The translations under genes were made by a program, and so were the position numbers. A stretch of DNA of 64,000 nucleotides from Marsupella aquatica (taxonomy: Eukaryota > Plantae > Marchantiophyta): contig OZ316892.1 in NCBI GenBank assembly GCA_973895155.1, positions 16,039,040 to 16,103,039 on the forward strand, given 5' to 3'. Positions 13,284-24,030 of this stretch are shown here, in pieces; position 1 is the first letter of the stretch, and each line of letters opens with the position of its first letter. The notes beneath the pieces are model-generated. The model was not told the origin of the DNA, made no database searches, and saw nothing but the letters and a program-made list of their open reading frames with translations.

Positions 13284-14156
13284 TCACTCTGATTCAGAAT
13301 CGCTAATGACCCATTCCTCACTTGTTGTCTCATAGTCCTCTCTGTAAGGATCCTGACCCTTCCGTGGCCAGGCCTCAAAAAGATTATAGTCCATTGGGTT
13401 TTGACACTTCCCAGCTGCTACTGATTCCACAAGCCAAGCATATGAAACCACAAACACATTATGGGACATGACATAAAAGCGAATGTCTCCCTTCCCAAAC
13501 TTGCGGCAGGCTTTGGGATATGACTTAGTAATGACATGAGTGGTGTCCTCTGTTATATTCTCCTCAACTGTCCCACCTAGGTCAAGCACCGTGGACTTGT
13601 ACACTTTGCACTTAACCTCTCCAATTCCCGCCTCCACAAATACCATGCTCAGCCCTTTCAGAATGGGGGTTGGTTGCTTCGTCTCCTCAGCCAACATACT
13701 CTTTAGCCTTCTAGAGCTCTGTCCTTTGTTGAGTACAGGTCCATATTGGACATCAGCAAGCCGTGCCTTTGCTTCCCAGACTTCTTGTTCAGCCCAAGCT
13801 GATGCAGTAGCTTCTTCATCCTCCCACAGCTCATATTGCTCAGTATCCTGTACAATCTGATGTGCCATGGAATCTGTGATCCAAGAGGCCTCAACTACTT
13901 TTAGGCCTTGCTTAGTAATTGCAGAATTCATGTAGGACCATGACCACTTCTTTATCACTGATAGCCATGTCCCTGCAACAACATGTGTAGTCTCTGGAGT
14001 GATGTCCTGAACTACAGTGCCATGGAGCTCAGAGAATCGTTTCTGTACAATTGGCCAATGCACTTTGGTCAACCCATGCTGGCCATGGACCAAAATGGCT
14101 CTGACCCCTGTAAACACTGCTGGGTGGTCACACTTTCTACGTTTCCCAGGCTCCAT
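13284..14156 (-). CDS. Tandem BRCT-domain protein (DNA polymerase lambda-like BRCT), CACTA cargo
   Basis: Two internal repeats: VFTGVRAILV...LHGTVVQDITPETTHVVA...VVEASWITDSM...YEL and ILKGLSMVFV...LGGTVEENITEDTTHVIT...VVSYAWLVESV...YNL. Both carry the BRCT GG/THV/W..S signatures. Uninterrupted ORF. Confidence 0.85.
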   Translation of the reverse strand: MEPGKRRKCDHPAVFTGVRAILVHGQHGLTKVHWPIVQKRFSELHGTVVQDITPETTHVVAGTWLSVIKKWSWSYMNSAITKQGLKVVEASWITDSMAHQIVQDTEQYELWEDEEATASAWAEQEVWEAKARLADVQYGPVLNKGQSSRRLKSMLAEETKQPTPILKGLSMVFVEAGIGEVKCKVYKSTVLDLGGTVEENITEDTTHVITKSYPKACRKFGKGDIRFYVMSHNVFVVSYAWLVESVAAGKCQNPMDYNLFEAWPRKGQDPYREDYETTSEEWVISDSESE

Positions 14157-14748
14157 GTACACACACCCTACGTGATGACAGTGAATTTTGGAAGAATGGG
14201 TTCACCTGACAATACAAGGACAACAAAATTCCTGCTTTTTGAGTTGATCTGGCCCACTGGTGCTCAGGTCCGATTTTGATAGGTACAAGGGATATGTGAA
14301 CAATATGTACTAGGCACCTGCACGGATGCAGGACATTGTTTGAATATATACTACAAAATCCATATCGAAGGTGAAATGAAGTGCAACCAACTTGTCATGG
14401 CACATACATATTTTGTTGTAAAGGAGGATACGTTCAATGACAAACTTATAGGGCAATTTGATTAATCGCATGCCTAATAATTTATATGCTTACAACTTAG
14501 AAGTCCTGTTTTAATTTAGCAGTTTGATGAAAGTGTTTATGAAAATGACCACTCAGCCTAAATACTTCCAAGAAGGCTTGTAAGGATAAGTTTTTATAGG
14601 CATGTACCCAGCCACTGACGCCAGAGCACAAGATAAGTGCTGCCTATATAAACTCGCCTACCCAACTCCTTTTCAAAATTGGAATCTCTGCAATCTCAAA
14701 AAATAGTACATCCACATCAGGTGCACTGTGCATGTACAATGTTCAGCT

Positions 14749-15429
14749 TCACAGCCAAGATATGTGATCTCTCACAGGAGTGCGCGAGGTAGGATCAATG
14801 GCATGGCGATGACAATAAAATATCCATCGATCAACACCATGTGCAGAGTGATCATAGATTTCTCTATCACAAGCATAACCCTCTGCTTGACGATCTTTCA
14901 GGCAATGATAGTGCCACATGGTGGGACACCTAGCACAGTGGACTATGTCAGTCCAGTACTCATGATCATGCTCACCACATGCCTTGCACCTATGAAGTGG
15001 GCAAGCTGTGGCATGAGCAGGCAAACACTCAAAATAGAAAAATCTCACACAAAAATGGTCTGGACATTTCCTAACATTTGTTGCAGCATCAACAGAGCCC
15101 TCATAGGACCCCAACTTCCCACATTGTGCACACTTAGCCTGCTTCTCCAAACAATCAGTGCACATCCAGTCTCCCTGGTGTGTTGACGGGAGGCCCACCC
15201 TTGGACAGTTGTTTTCTGCAGCAAGGTCAGACTCCGGGTTGAGGTGGAAATGCCTCATGCAAGGGCCCTCACAAATGACCAGGCCCCCACCATCATCACA
15301 AATGGCACAACAATGAGCTGCCTTCTGGAAAATCTGACTTGCAGAGAAGTTAGTAGCATCTGCCCCAAGTACACCTGTGTTTCTCACCTCTGTCACACGC
15401 TTTTTGGCTTGAATTTTAGGTCGTGCCAT
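14749..15429 (-). CDS. Stand-alone EDM2/NSD-type composite PHD finger protein, CACTA cargo
   Basis: CAICDDGGGLVICEGPCMRHFH...WMCTDCLEKQAKCAQCGKLGS...CPLHRCKAC...CARCPTMWHYHCL...FYCHRHAID...TPVRDH follows the EDM2 PHD region as recalled, including the terminal TPVRDH motif. Intronless, 226 aa. Confidence 0.85.
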   Translation of the reverse strand: MARPKIQAKKRVTEVRNTGVLGADATNFSASQIFQKAAHCCAICDDGGGLVICEGPCMRHFHLNPESDLAAENNCPRVGLPSTHQGDWMCTDCLEKQAKCAQCGKLGSYEGSVDAATNVRKCPDHFCVRFFYFECLPAHATACPLHRCKACGEHDHEYWTDIVHCARCPTMWHYHCLKDRQAEGYACDREIYDHSAHGVDRWIFYCHRHAIDPTSRTPVRDHISWL

Positions 15430-15440
15430 GCCTGCGCATG

Positions 15441-15584
15441 AGATAGACTCTACAGTTTAGCAGACTGCACAGAAAGTAATATATATTTAGCATTTAAGGT
15501 ACAAAGGCATTTAGATAGACTCTACAATTTAGCAGACTGCACAGAAAGTAAAATATATTTAGCATTTAAGGTACAAAGGCATTT
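15441..15584. repeat. Tandem duplication, 2 x 72 bp, just upstream of the PHD ORF start
   Basis: AGATAGACTCTACA(G/A)TTTAGCAGACTGCACAGAAAGTAA...GGTACAAAGGCATTT occurs twice. Confidence 0.9.
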
Positions 15585-17659
15585 GCTACTGCAATGAATT
15601 GGAATGGCCACACAAGGATGCAGAGCAGACATACTTTTGGTATGTTGAGCCCACACACAAACCTGATCCCCTAATACAATTGCTCCACCAACACCTCAAT
15701 TTTAATTGTGGCTATGATTCACCAAAGGAGATCTGCAACAACATTTCATGCATTTGAATCACATACAATAGTCGTGACATGTAAAACGCGCATTCTTCGA
15801 AGAGGATTGGTATGAAGCAGTGTCATAAGGGTTGAAATTTATACATCCTAAATAGGCTATGATAGTGGCTGAGACAAATAAGTGATGCATAAATCACATT
15901 TTACAGGTTATCACATGGCCCATTAATTCATTGAACGTTGCAATGTTCACCAGGTTAAAGCAGTCATGAAAGCAGTCTTTCAATAGAGACTTTTATGCGA
16001 GTTTGCTAGCCTCTTAAATTAGGATATTTTGCCTAGTGCAGGCATAATAGGATATAAGTTATGTACTGTTGACCCTAAACCCTGGACCCAAAATTGCTCA
16101 TACATCAAAATTTTAAGTAAATATCCTCTGTGTTGAAGTCAAAGTGTTAAGCTATAGGTCAATGGTATCTGGTCTGTGCATGCGGTGTGACAAGTGGTCC
16201 TCTAGAGCATGTGATCCAAACATGTGTAGACACCAAAGTCACCGGTGGTGGGGTCTGGGAGGGCAGGACAAGTGACATCACCAGGCACACTGCAGGATGG
16301 CGAGTGATTCCAGATGATACATTGTGCTCTGTGCAAAAATCAGCATCCAAGAGAACGGTCATCCAATTTTGGGCCAGAAGCCCTACAGGCAGGACAATCA
16401 TATTGGCAACTGTGTACACACCCTTGGCACCTAATTTGTGACGGGTCATGTACAAGAGACACAAATACCAAGGATGTCGGGAATCGTACTGAAGCAGGTA
16501 GAGGCCGGCTGTAGTTGTTCCTGGAAACAACAGGGTACTCAAAGTACCATGCAGACTAGGCTGGAAGGATCCCAAGTCTGACATACTCAAGGCGCAACAT
16601 GTCTGCCTTGCGTGCAAGTCGCACATGTTCAGCGTTGCGGGTCCTCACCATAAGTGTTGCTTTCGTTGTGATGTCCTCTGTTCACATCCTTTGATGAGCA
16701 AGGTGAGCAGGAGGTCGACTTGCCTCGCCAATAGCAACCACCTAAACTAATCAGTTCTCACTCATTGTCTTGGTTCCAACTACAGGTCATAGTATACACA
16801 TAGCATGAAACGTGCATAGTACATATTTGATTCTGAGTTTATGAGTTTCCTAAGACAAAGAGCTTGGTGATAAACCCATATTCTCGACGGACATGTATAT
16901 CAATCGTATTAAAATCCTGTTTTTTCATCCAGAAAGACCGAAAGTCTCACCTTGCAGGTTGCAGCAGAGAGAAAATTCACTGGTTGTCGTGTTGTGCAAG
17001 TGAACCTCCACTGATGCCCCCGGTGTAGCCCCTCAGATGCAGGTGACACTTACCAACTCCCAAGTTGCCTGGTCTAACAGAAAATGCTTATATCTTCAGA
17101 ACTTTATAGAGCAAGTACATGATCACATACTTCTGGATCTATTCATATTTGGAACTCTTGCCAACTACAACTCCCATTATGCACAAGCTCACATCAACAG
17201 AGAAAGATACAGAATGCATACTTACTAGGCTCTAAGCACCTTCACTACCTTGTTGAACCCAGTCCTGAAGTCTTTTCAGCGTGTTTGTTGTGTTGTCTCC
17301 TTTGGCACCCAACACCTTAGTCCTTGATGTAACAGAATGCAATTTTACAAGTTAGATGCTTTGGAACCTTCTATGGTCTTAGCTGAATTGATGTCATCGT
17401 AAGTGGTGAAAGACAAGGAAGACGAAAGCTGGTTGAAGAGCTGTAGACAACACACTAGCATGAAGTGCTTCAACCAATCCACTGCCAAACGGAACTCTTA
17501 CACAGTCACATTCTTTCAGTAAACAGAAACTCAGTCAAACTTCATAATCAAAGTACAGACTCTGAAGGACCAAAGGAGGATGTTGTGAGTTTCTCTGTTG
17601 TTTAATGTGTTACCCTTCTAGTTTCGAAGTTAGCAAATGCTGAATAATGTGTCTACCAG

Positions 17660-18001
17660 ATCTTCGAAAAGAAGCCCACCACAATTAAGAACTTCGGTAT
17701 CTGGGTGAGGTATCAGAGTCGTACAGGTTATCCCAACATGTACAAGAAATATCGTGATACCACATTGAACATCGCTGTAGAGCAGATGTATGATGAGATG
17801 GCTTCTTGTCGTAGAGTTTGGTTCCCTTGCATCCAGATCATCAAGACTACGACAGTCCCTGTCTCTCTGTGCAAGCGAGAAAGTACCAAGCAGTTCCATG
17901 ATTCAAAGATCAAGTTCCCCTTGACGTACCGCAAGATTCAACCTCCATCGCGAAAGCTAAAGACGACTTACAAGGCCACCAAGCCCAACACATTTGTTTG
18001 A
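17660..18001 (+). pseudogene. RPL18A: Captured last exon of 60S ribosomal protein L18a (eL20)
   Basis: CAG acceptor at 17657-17659, then [36 protein letters not shown]...[12 protein letters not shown]...[15 protein letters not shown]. No upstream exons seen; several conserved residues appear altered. Confidence 0.9.
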
Positions 18002-19715
18002 GTAGTGCGGGTGCAGGTTCCCAATTTTGAAACAATTTGGCTCATTTTATGTCCCGAGGGACTCCAGGAGTTTATGTATTGAGTTTCTAGGTCAGGATGC
18101 TTAATATAAGGAAATTCAATTTTCACTTCGTTCCCAGCTTCTACTAATTGAATATACACGAGATGGAAGCAAGAAGATAAGCCACAATCTAGCATCTTAG
18201 CCAAACACATTCGTCCCGACAAAGCAAAACTACAATCACACAGTGCGAGTTGTGTCTGCACCGGCACCCCCAGTGAGACTGATCAGCATTTGGACTGCAT
18301 CATTGTCTAGAGCTAGCAGTGGAAGGTGCAGTGGAGATAGCATGGGGACAGGGAAGGAAATGCAGGTTCCTTAAGCATAAATTTCCAAAAATGGAACAAC
18401 AGGAAATGAAGAATAGGCACTGAAGTGGTCAACTAGACAAACGTTGTAACAAGGCAGCAAGCATTGGATTAAGAAGAAGCAAGGTTTCATCAGCAGAAGC
18501 AAGGTTTCATCAACAATGGCATTGTGAGACAAACCACTCCTTACAAATTTCTACAGACATCCTCCCCACTTGCAGCTTCTCGGCCAGGCTGGATTTCTTG
18601 TAAGAGAGGTTTCTTGTAAGAAAGATTTCATGTTTGGTGAGGAAAGATAAAAAAGCAACTGATCAATGCCTTCTTGTCATCTAGAAGAGCTGGATGCAGC
18701 CCTGTCTCACATTTAATGTTAAACTGAATGAAAGACATTATGCGCATGCACAAAAGAAAGACATGAATATAATTAAGGTAGGTTTTAAGGAGCGGAGTCA
18801 GCAGTCAGACTTAGAAAGTTCAAATTGAAGCGCCATTAGTTTGGCGTGGTCAAGAGTAAATAAATGTTGGTCAGGGATACTCACCTCTTTTGAATGTATT
18901 ACTGACTCAGCTAAGCCCAGCTAGACAGAAGTCACTCAGACCCACAAAAAAGTGAAGATCCACCTCCAAGCCGGAGCTCTATCACTTCAGTAGAGCAGCT
19001 TCTGGACGGAACCAACTCTAATCAGCCCCACAGAACACAAATGTTAAGGTTCCAAGTCAGAGCTCACTTCAGCCGAGGTGGACATCGCAGCTAGACCATT
19101 CAGTATAGGCAGTATGGAGCCTGAGACTACGCTCATTGTTCAGAATTGAGGTGATGAAAGTGAGTTGGCATCAGTGGATACAATGAGAGGGGAAAAAATT
19201 CTGACCAAATCGCACCTCTATAATCAGAGAGGTTCTATTTCCAGGGAACTCATTCATTGACCAGAGTAATATGGCCCACATTTAATTAGACTATGATAGA
19301 CTCTTCCTCTGCAGACTCAAACTCGAGGAACCCCCACGGATGCCAGCATATACACGAGCTAGAAGCAAGAAGACAAGTCGCAATCTAGCATCTTGGCCAA
19401 ACACATTCTTCCTGGCGATAGTAACTGCAAGCAAGGGGGAGACAGGGAGAACAAGGAGAATAGGGAGGCAACTCACAATGGAGCTAGGTAGCTCATGATC
19501 AAGCAACTTGCAATTGCAGCAACAGTAGTCTTAGTAGCAAGCGATTGAGCTCCAGGAAATGACAAAGCCGCAGCTGAGTCCTCAACTGACAAAATGTTCG
19601 CCACTCGACCCTCCTTCCAACTGCAACCGCCAGATAGTAGGAATAAGATAGAGAGGTTGCAGCCTTCTCAGTGATCCAATAGCACCTCTCTTACCACCTC
19701 CGCTCTTAGCACATC

Positions 19716-19912
19716 CGCTCGCACCCTCCGCTCGCACCTCCGCTCTCAGCACCTCCTTTGGCACCTGAGCCGCTCTCAGCACCTCCGCTCGCACCTCCGC
19801 TTGCACCACCTCCTTTGGCACCTGAGCCGCTCTCAGCACCTCCGCTCGCACCTCCGCTCGCACCACCTCCTTTGGCACCTGAGCCGCTCTCAGCACCTCT
19901 GCTCGCACCGCC
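19716..19912. repeat. GC-rich ~60-bp tandem repeat (about 3 copies) in the CACTA 5' region
   Basis: Unit GCACCTCCGCTCGCACCTCCGCTCGCACCACCTCCTTTGGCACCTGAGCCGCTCTCA. Confidence 0.9.
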
Positions 19913-22684
19913 GCCCAAACTGAAGCTACGTAGCAATCCTCAGCAGTGTGTGACAGAAGCACTCCACTCCAGCTCCACTCCGCTCGAGCTCCACTCCAGC
20001 TGCTCTCCGCTCGTAGCTCCTCGGCCAGACCGGCGGCCAGAGCAGCTCCCAAATTGCAGCTCCTGCCCGCCCACAGCTCCTCCCAGTCCTAGAGCTCGTC
20101 GTCCACTGCAGCTCACCTCTCCACTCCGCAAGCCGGTCGCCCTCTCAGCTTGAATGCTCTAGAGCTTTGAAGGTAAACCTTCAAGCTCCAAGCGCAAAAC
20201 TCCCCTACGCGAAGGAACTGCCCCGATCGCGAAGCACACTCCCCACTTTGTGAGACCACGCACAATGTGACGACCTTCAGGCACGACGAATGTCCCCGTA
20301 ATGGACAAGTGAGTTTTTCTGAAACAAAACCCTCCGAGTTCCCACGCACATTGAACTGAACTTTGCACTTTGCTGGCGTGTTTAAACCCTAAACAAAACC
20401 CGCGCACCCTAAACTCGTGTCCAAAGGCACACTCACGCACAAAGCATACCTTAACACTTAGTGACACTTAGTGAACTAAACCCAATGAGCCTCGACCACT
20501 TTGCGTTGACATGAGCCGTTGATACACATGTTAGTACCCTAAAGCAAATTGGACACGACACTTTGTGAGCAAAGATTAAATGAACGCAACTGTAACCTCT
20601 TAGAACGCAACTGTAAATTAACCCTTACACATGCCACTTAGGGAGGGTGGACAAAGAATGGGGGCCAGACACTACTTTAGCCCTGAATTGAAAATGATAT
20701 CACCCCAATATTCTTGTCAAAGTTGCCCATGAACTCTAAGGAATCCATTGAGCAGCATAAGACTTACTATTATAGAGGCAAGTACTCCCATGCACGTTTA
20801 ATTAGGCTAGCTAGGATAACTAGCTACAATGCTCTTGACATGAAGACATTTAACTAGTTTTGCAACCCTAAACCCCCATTCCTTCTATGTGCACCTAGTG
20901 CTCCCGACTCCGCAAGTTGCAAGTCAAGGGTTGTAAATGGAACATTCCGTGATGTCTAGAGTGCATGTAATCCTTCTTGCACTCTATTTCAGAATGCCGT
21001 AATGGAGAGTAGCTTATTCAACTTACATATGACTGCCCTACTAGTGTTACAATTGCTACTTTATCAGAAGTTGTAGGAATGACTTTCACAAATATCCCCC
21101 AAAAATCAGTTGATAAAATGTAACAACAATGACTCCCCTAAACTTGGAGTCATGTATTTTTGAAAGTCTCCCTAAAGTCACAAAGCATAGGGTCTCAAAA
21201 GGGGACGTTTTCTTCTAGTGGCTCCACCTCAGTAGCACGTTGCTGATCGATGACAATCCCCGAGGGAGATGCTCTTCTGGCGAGCAAGCTCATCAACCCT
21301 TGACTCTATTTCTCTATGGTCTCCAATGTCATCTTGAAATCTCTCCATTGGGGGTCCGGTATTCCGCCCCTCCAATTTGTTCATCTTAAGATGATCCCGT
21401 GTCCTTTGAGAATCCCATCTCGAGAATCCGTCCCTCTCAACACCTGAAGGTTTAAGTCCATACCAACTTTGCGCATTACCTGTACCTTCAGTCGTGCCTT
21501 CTCTTTGCAAATGGGAATGTCCAAAGTTGGATTTAGCTCTGACATCTTGACTTGGTGCACCATGCACTAAAGCAGCTCCCTAGCCAAGTGTATCAGCAAC
21601 ATGTCCCTACAAGCGCAAACCACCTCCGGGTCGATCACTGGAATAAGACCAGTGGTTTGCTCCACCCTCCGCATCCGTCCGTTCATTACCTGAATACGCA
21701 TGCCCCGGGCCCATGCCACGGCCCTCCATGCGGCCGGAGTTCCGATAGCGTGACATTCGTTTGCTCACCCTCCCAAGTTGAAGCCAAGCCTAGTAACCCA
21801 ACCCAAAAGCAAGCAAAATGGCTGTCTCGCTTGGCAGTCCCACAATTTTGCTTTACCCAAGACTTATTCAAGCGCATAAGAGATAAAAAAGGTGAGAGCT
21901 CACCCAATCCAGAGCACTTCCAGGTTGATCGCTCCATGCACCCCAAATTCTCCTCCGTAAGAAGTTGTTTTCTCTCCTTCTAATCACCGCTTACACCACG
22001 GGCTATAATCAAGTTCTTCTCCTAATGCACTTTCTACTCCAGATTTAACTTCCTTATGAAAACCAAGAATCCCGTGCAAAGTTTACCAAGGAAACAAGGG
22101 TCGTTCTTCTTCCTCGTCCCTCTTTCCCTGCGTTCCCAACCCTAACATGTTCCAGGTTTTCTTCCTTCTCCGAGCCACACTGAATTTGCTTTCACTTCTT
22201 ACCACAATAGTAACACTCCCTCAATGAGGAGTAATTATCTTAGCATCCTATAACCTTTAATCTATCCTACCTCCTCCCGCCCTCCAAATCCAAGTACAGC
22301 CAGCACACACTTTCAGCTCCGCCAATTCATTGTATCAGCTTAGCAGTCAAATTGTCACAAAACTTAATTCCTCCATATTTAACCTTCCATTGATAATCCA
22401 AACTAAGAGATTATCTTAACCAGATTGATTTCCTCTATCTTTTGAGCGTTCTCTTTTGTACGAGCACACACCAAGACCAATGGCAAAACCATCGGTTACC
22501 GCCTTGCTGAAAATTGATTTCACTTCATCCCACACACATTCCTTGGATGAACATGGGGGTCCACGGAGTAATTGAAGCTACAAAAAAACATTAAAGGTGA
22601 CTAAGTTCAAAATGACATTCAAAGATAGGAAGCCTACTTTGGATATTCATATATGTTGTGATGCTCTATGAAAACTAGGGATAC

Positions 22685-23292
22685 TAGGCTCATTGGAAAG
22701 CACATTTAAAGGTGCCCCCCTTATGATACCAGGATTGGCAATTGTCACCCAATGGAGGGATCAAAGATCACCGAGTGCAAAAAACCCTATAAGCAACTAA
22801 CTTTGCAAGTTTTATTTGCATTGTTGCATGCAAGGGAAAATTGGTGATGTTGGACTCAATGAAAAGCACATCTCATGGCACTTCCAATGCTACCAAAATA
22901 GACAATTGTATTTCAGTAGTAAAGGAGAAGTCAAAAGTCAAACGTCATAAATTACAAAAAGTCTACAAACATTCAACAAAAGGCAACTGAGTTTGATGCT
23001 CAACAGAAATTGGCAATGTTGAGCTTGTTGGGAAGCACATCTCAAGGCGCTTCAAATAGTACCAGGATTGACAATTATCCAACCTTAATCAGGGAGAGGT
23101 CAAAGGTTGATCCTGCTGATGGTAGAAAATAACATTCAAAAGAAGGTATCCAGGGAAAGCAATGGTTGATCCAAATTGTGGAAAATCTACAAGTTTTCAA
23201 GAAAAGACAAATGATTGTGTGTGCAATGATGCTCAACAAAATTTGAAGATCTTGGGCTCATTGGAAAGCACATCGCAAGACTCTTCTAATGG
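22685..23292. repeat. Degenerate ~170-bp tandem repeat with (CATTG)GAAAGCACAT core
   Basis: Cores near 22691, 22860, 23030 and 23259. The first three are followed by an ACCAGGATTG(G/A)CAATT-like sequence. Confidence 0.6.
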
Positions 23293-24030
23293 GAGTGTTC
23301 ATAAAATGAGAGATAACGGGTATGATAGCCACGACAGAAAACAGAAAACAGAAAACCTGTTACCAGGGGTTTATTTTCTGTTAACAGGGAAATTGTACCT
23401 GTTACCAATAAGCTTGTCCCTGTTACCAGTTTTGCCTGAACCATAACGTGCATATCCACCACTCTAAGGTGCATATCCACCACTCTAATGGCATAATTTT
23501 TCGGGGGGCAATAAAGTTTAAAACAAACAATTATTTTGTGCCATCCGATGGATGAAGTGTACTATCAATCCTCCATTGACACAACAATTTATTGTAGAAG
23601 ATAAAAAACATGGTATTAGGAGTGTGCCTAAAGAAACATTCATGCAAATCAATCTATTTTCATCGGCAAATAGTGACCCTTAGAGTGGGACCCACCATAG
23701 CACATGTCAATCGTGGAGTCCAAATGAACCCAATCTAAAGGAGTTGATTAAATGGACCTTGTAACGTCACAAACAAATGACAAATCACATCCTCGAGGCT
23801 TTGAAGACAGTAGACAATTTAATCAACTTACACATTTTAAATAAAACAAGAGGTCATTCTTCCACAATGCACGTACATAATGAAGCAATGAATATCCGGT
23901 TTCCTAGAACCAGCGCCTGGCGCTAACCAACAAAGTCTCAATAAAACAACTAAAATATCTGTTGGAAAAAGACAAAATAGGGAATAACCGTTATATTGAA
24001 CGACGACCTATTGGGCAGTTTCGATCTCTC

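Larger units (their letters stand above)
4318..21220 (-). mobile_element. Full-length CACTA (En/Spm) element, 16.9 kb, with cargo genes
   Basis: TIRs CACTAGAAGAA (4318-4328) and TTCTTCTAGTG (21210-21220). Perfect 3-bp TSD GCT at 4315-4317 and 21221-21223. GTGACT/AGTCAC subterminal repeats at about 4340-4680. TnpD-like and TnpA-like genes inside. Confidence 0.95.

Noticed and set aside
19582-20467. Pro/Ala/Gly-rich ORFs on both strands
   Set aside because: They arise from the GC-rich 60-bp tandem repeat, which is open in several frames; no domain evidence.
21229-22560. Possible degraded LINE or other retroelement coding sequence
   Set aside because: Looks like decayed coding DNA, but no RT, endonuclease or RNase H motif could be read.
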